Of a DNA stretch of 64,000 nt, positions 58,671 to 64,000 are shown piece after piece (the stretch's first letter is position 1; every line of letters begins with the position of its first letter). Source of the stretch: the human T2T-CHM13v2.0 reference genome, Homo sapiens; assembly GCF_009914755.1 (NCBI RefSeq), contig NC_060925.1. One strand, given 5' to 3'. A model generated the notes under the pieces. The model did not search any database. It worked only from the letters and a program-made list of their open reading frames with translations, and was not told the DNA's origin. The position numbers and the translations under genes were made by a program.

Positions 58671-60099
58671 CAGAAGGCCAGTCTGAGATTAATAGATCAT
58701 CTAGAAAATTTGCACCTACATAATTGAGAATTACCTATGGCCATAGCTGACATTTTGAGCCCTTACCGAAACTCACAGGTCATCATATCCTCTGTGCAAA
58801 TACTAAGAAAGTGTGCCTTCTGAGATGAGGGTACAGGGAGGAAGTCAAGAATGTGGAAGTCATCAGAGGTAAGGAAGAAAAAGCATTAAACATCAGTTAC
58901 AGCTTAGACTATGTGGATTTCCATTTGCAGGTAGGAGGGGAAACATTGAGAAGTAAAGCAAAGCAAGACAATGGGAGGAATTCTAAGAAGTTTCAGATAA
59001 ATAATAAGAAGTGCTTCTAGTATGAATGGCACTCAAAGTCTGTGAAGAAACTGGTTGCTGAGAAGCCACAGGAGTGATTTATTGATAGGCCAGGAAGATA
59101 TTCCCAACAATATTAAAGTAATTCTTTGCCAGGCTGTGTTCACAAAAGAAGGGGAGGGGACCAGGCCAGAAATACATGTGCATTTTCCAAAGGACAAAGA
59201 TATATGAAAAAAAAATTAAAAGAGATTTTCAATTCCCCCATGCCTTGAAGCAGTCTGCAAAAACTAGCATGAAGTTGGTATTTAGGACAAAAAATGGTGA
59301 AAACAAACTATTGGTGATTTTTAGGAAAGAAAGTTGTGGAGAGAAAGAGAAAAGTTAGCAGTAAAGGGAAAAAGTGTGTAGAGGAGAGCAATAATTGTTT
59401 TCCAACTGCAGGCGATAAAATGCGTATCTAAGAGGAACGCCTGACCTTCAGACAACGCATCTATCAGACTCAGGAGAATGGAGACAAAGGGAAGAGAGTC
59501 ACAGGGGAGAAGAAGCCAGGATGCAGTGGCTGTATGCTAAGTGGAAGCCATTGTGGGCCACTGAGAAGATAATAGAGGGAAGTGGAGAAGCCGAGGAGTA
59601 AAGCAGAGTGATATGAAGCAGCGTGATAAGCGGTGCACAGTGAGGAGGGGGAAAAATAATGGGAAAGAGTGAGATAAACCCGCGGTGAAGAAGCCTTTCG
59701 CAGAGACTAAGAGTCTGGGAGGAAATTATCTGAGGGGCTAGAGTACTTGGGGCGTCTTGGAACTTCACATTTGTGAGAAAAATGTACCGCATGTATCAAA
59801 CAATCCAAGTCCCAAGCTATGCTAATAATAAAGGCAGTTTGCATTTATTGCGTCCTTTCTAAGTGTCAAGCGCAGCCCAAGGTACATTAAATATCCCTTC
59901 TCGTGGAGCTCATGGTGATAAAAATCGAAGTGACAGCAAGTAGTAAACAAGAGCTAGTCTTTATAAAGACTCATTTAACGTCCATGCCAGCCCTACCCGC
60001 TACAGGATCTTCACCTTTCTGTGCCTCAGTTTCTTCTTCTATAAATCGGGATTATAAGAGTACCCACTGCCCGGTACTCTAAGAGGAAAAGTGAGGCAA

Positions 60100-60331
60100 G
60101 AGCGAACATCACCCATTTGCAGGCGGGGCCACTCCCTCCTCATTGGCTCTGCTGAAAAAGAGCTCCACACTTGGGTTGAAAGAAGGAGCAGAGAACTTGG
60201 GAGGTAGTGGTGGGAGGAGGGGGGATGGCAATTCTGGCTTCTGCCAATCAAATCTAGATGTGTCACTCCTCCGCGCTCTTGGCTTTCCATATAGGTCACA
60301 GCTCCTCCGCTGTGCCTCGGGAAAGGTAGGC
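60100..60331 (+). promoter_or_regulatory. Candidate GC-box/CCAAT promoter and first exon
   Basis: GGCGGGG at 60122-28, ATTGG at 60142-46, CCAATCA at 60244-50, donor AAG|GTAGGC at 60325/26, all inside a CpG-retaining kilobase. Confidence 0.5.
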
Positions 60332-60426
60332 ACAGAGAAGTTACAGGGCTGGCTTACGTTTGCACAGAAAATTTAATGGCAGTCAGAAGTATAACTTAGG
60401 TTTCCTTATTCCCCAGAACATGAGGG

Positions 60427-60451
60427 TTTTTTTTTTTTTTTTTTTTTTTTT
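60427..60451. repeat. Poly-T run (25 nt)
   Basis: Direct read. Confidence 0.95.
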
Positions 60452-61209
60452 ACCAGTGGACGATGCTGAGACACAGGGCAGGGTAAGCACATTTTAAAAC
60501 AGAGGGCAAAGGTCAGCACAGAGCATGGGGAGATCAGTAAATATGTCCAAAGTGCTTAGTGAGAGGTAAAAGTTTAAAAGACGACAGTTAGGTTTTCACA
60601 ATAGTGAACGGACAATTCAATGCCAGAGGTCCTGGAACCTGCAGTGTTTTCTCATTGACCTACTATTTCCCTAGGAGCCAGAGTCAGCATGACGGTAGAC
60701 TTTTCCAGAAGTAAGCAGGTTACCTCTTATCTCTTCTGTCATCCACATCCTCGGGTTTGAGGGCTTGAAATCGTGCAGTATTTCCCTCTTGTAACCCAGA
60801 ACAAGCATCTCTAACTTTAGATCGACTCCTTTGGTGTCCTGGGGCCAGTGAATCAACCTGCTTACTTCCCTCCATTTATGGCTGTGATGCTCCTTTGTAA
60901 CAAGGGATCAAGAACTGTACCTGCGCTTCCAAATGCAGCATCATTTATTGCTTCCTGATGCAAAAATAGCTTCCTTGGGCTTAAACTGGCCAAGATCATC
61001 TTATTTGTCATGTTTTTGTTACCATTAAAGGATCGGGGGGAGGGAAAGACTTCCTGGAAACCTGTTGGTCTCTCAAAATCAGTCCATTCATAGAATCCTC
61101 CAACCAAGAGGGCTGTGAACAGATCATGAAGTTCAGTCTCCTGCTTCTGGGCCGTGATTCCTTTATTCCAAGCCTGCTGAGCCCTGGCTTTTGCAGCAGG
61201 ACTTATTCT

Positions 61210-62897
61210 TTTTTTATTTTTATTTTTATTTTTGAGTTTAGGCCCAAATGAATTGTTATTTTTTTTTTAACTTTAAGCTTGAGGGCACATGTGCAGGTTT
61301 GTTATATAGGTAAACTTGTGTCATGGGAGTTTGTTGTACAAATTATTTCATCACTTGGGCATTAAACCTACTGCCCAATAGTTATTTTTCCGGATCTTCT
61401 CCCTCCTCCTACCCTCCACCCTACAATAGGCCCCAGTGTCTGTTGTTCCCCTGTATGTTTCCATGTCTTCTCATCATTTAGCCCCCACTTATAAGTGAGA
61501 GAATGCTGTGTTCGATTTTCTCTTCTGGCATTAGTTTGCTAAGAATAATGACCTCCCACTCCATCCATGTCCAGTAAAGAACATGATCTTATTCTTTTTA
61601 ATGGCTGCATAGTATTCCATGGTGTATATGTACCACATTTTCTTTATCTAGTCTATCATTGATAGGCATTTAGCTTGATTCCATGTCTTTGCTATTGTGA
61701 ATAGTGCTGCAATGAACCTACATGTGCATGTGTCTTTATTTGTTATGATTTATATTCCTTTGGGTATATACTCAGTAACAGGATTGCTGGGTCAAATGGT
61801 AGTTCTTTGTTTAGGACTTTGAGGAATCATCACATTGTCTTCCACAATGGTTGAACTAATTTACACTCCCACTAGCAGTGTATAGATGTTCCTTTTCTCC
61901 ACAACCTCACCAGCATCTGTTATTTTTTGACTTTTAAGTATTTGCCATTCTGACTGGTGTGAGATGGTATCTCATTGGGGTTTTGATTTCATTTCTCTAA
62001 TGATCAGTGATGTTGAGCTTTTCGTCACATGATTATTGGCTGCATGTATGTCTTCTTTTGAAGTGTCTGTTCATGTCCTTTGCCCACTTTTTACTGGGGT
62101 TGTTTGTTTTTTATTTCTTGCAAATTTGTTTAAGTTCCTTATAGATGCTGAATATTACACCTTTGTAAGATGCATAGTTTTCAAAAATTTTCTCCCATTC
62201 TGTAGGTTGTCTGTTTATTCTGTTGATAGTTTCTTTTTCTGTGCAGAAGCTTGTTAGTTTAATTAGATCCCATTTGTCAATTTTTGCTTTTGTTGCAATT
62301 GCTTTTGGCATCTTTGTTATGAAATCTTTGCCTGTGCCTATGTCCTGAATGATATTGCCTAGGTTGTTTTCCAGGGTTTTGTAGTTCTAGGTTTTACATT
62401 TAAGTCTTTAATCCATCTTGAGTTAATTTTTGTATATGGTATAATGAAGGGGTCCAATTTCAATATTCTGCACATAGTTAACCAGTTATCCCAGCACCAT
62501 TTATTGAATCAGGAATCCTTTCCCCATGGCTTTTGTTAGGCTTGTCGAAGATCAGATAGTTGTAGGTATGCAGTCTTATTTCTGGGTTCTCTATTGTCTG
62601 TTTTTGTACCAATACCATGCTGTTTTGATTACTGTAGCCCTGTAGTATAGTTTGAAGTCAGGTAGCATGATGCTTCCAGCTTTGCTCTTTTTGCTTAGTA
62701 TTGCCTTGGCTATTCAGCTCTTTTTGGTTCCATATGAATTTTAAAATAGCTTTTTCTAGTTCTGTGAAGAATAACAATGGTAGTTTAATGGAATACCATT
62801 GAATCTATAAATTGCTTTGGGGAGTATAGTCACTTTAACAATATTCATTTTCCTATCCATGATCATGGAATGTTTTTCCATTTGTTTGTGTCATCTC
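61210..62897 (-). mobile_element. 5'-truncated L1PA (older subfamily) with double tail
   Basis: Antisense 3'UTR and ORF2 end. 18-bp TSD TGCAGCAGGAC(T/C)TATTCT at 61192-61209 and 62898-62915. Confidence 0.92.
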
Positions 62898-63834
62898 TGC
62901 AGCAGGACCTATTCTATCAAGGATCGGTAATTGGGAATAAGCTTCTCATTTCATCCTAAAGGATTCTGTCACTCCACTGAAATCTTAAGAGTCTCCAGTG
63001 CTTGTTAGGAAAGTGTGGAAGATGAACCCCTTCTTCATCCACAGGTAAGAACATGCTGGAAAGCAAAATTGTTTAACACTTGCTTAGTTTTTAACCCAAC
63101 ACTTCTATGTCTAGAAATATATCCTGGATTTGATCTATACAAATTATATGAACATATTAAATTGTCACATGTACTCCAAAAATATGTGCATCTATTATGC
63201 ATCGATAAAAATAAAATAATTAGATCAATACACAAAGATGAATGCAGAAGAATGTTTAGTGGAATATGATTTATAATGACAATATGGAAATAGCCTAAAA
63301 TGTCCAACAGTAGCAACTGATTAACTAAATTATGATAGTCAACAGTAGAATGTATATACTTATTTTACATAATATTTATAAATACCTGAATGACAAGATG
63401 TTTATGATGTACTATGAGAAAAACAAGTTACAAAATAGTATCTAGAATACAATCCTGTGTTCATACACATGTGCCTAAGAAAGTTTGTAACAATAAATAG
63501 CAAGATGTCAATACTGGTTGTCTTATGGGGTGAGAGGCTGTGATGTAATATTTTCTTTATATATCTTCCATTTTTTCTATAATGAATAGAATTTTTGAAA
63601 AAAAAACCAAATACATTAAAAAAGTTTAAGTCTCCACTCTTTAGAATTGTCCAGGTTTCTTTTCTCAAATCTAGGTGGTACCATTTTCTGAGCTACCCCT
63701 GATGGGGAAGGAGGAGAGGACAACATTTTCCCCATTTATTAATTTTACTTTATGCAGATTGCAGTGAGTCAAAGTGTGGCTTTAAAGAGGAAAAAGTGTC
63801 ACAAAGATTTAGCCTGAATGGTATGTATGTATGA

Positions 63835-63866
<32 letters not shown>
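63835..63866. repeat. (TG)n microsatellite
   Basis: Direct read, with one CG interruption. Confidence 0.95.
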
Positions 63867-64000
63867 AAGCCTAAAATAGAAAAAGCCCTTTGTTTTGTTG
63901 ATTAGTTGTAGATTATCATTGATTGATGTTTCTAGTCCAAACTTTTAAACCAACAACTCCTTCAAGGCAGGCAATAACTTACCTTTATTTTCCCAGGTCC

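Noticed and set aside
60287-60295. CArG box CCATATAGG
   Set aside because: Only five A/T bases between CC and GG, not the required six.

Overview
Primate (most likely human or great ape, given a young AluY-type element) genomic DNA that is repeat-dense and intergenic or intronic. I recognise no host protein-coding gene, RNA gene, CRISPR array or prokaryotic system. Most ORF-track entries are Alu, L1 or Tigger translation products or chance ORFs. The window holds a Tigger1 5' half, about 12 Alus, solo LTRs (MER41B, MER50, MER21, THE1, MLT1, LTR16-like), many L2/MIR/MER5 relics and a ~16 kb nest of L1 within L1 within L1 (about 29.3-45.5 kb). Best leads: (i) a full-length L1PA7/8-like element with an open ORF0-like frame and strong splice donors in its antisense-promoter region, pointing right; (ii) a CpG-retaining GC-box/CCAAT promoter at ~60.1-60.3 kb followed by a chain of candidate micro-exons; (iii) two clear and one possible local templated-copy events; (iv) a MER41B LTR with an intact GAS (STAT1) site. 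Repeat subfamily names come from my recall of consensus sequences and need RepeatMasker/Dfam confirmation. Boundaries lacking a stated TSD are approximate.
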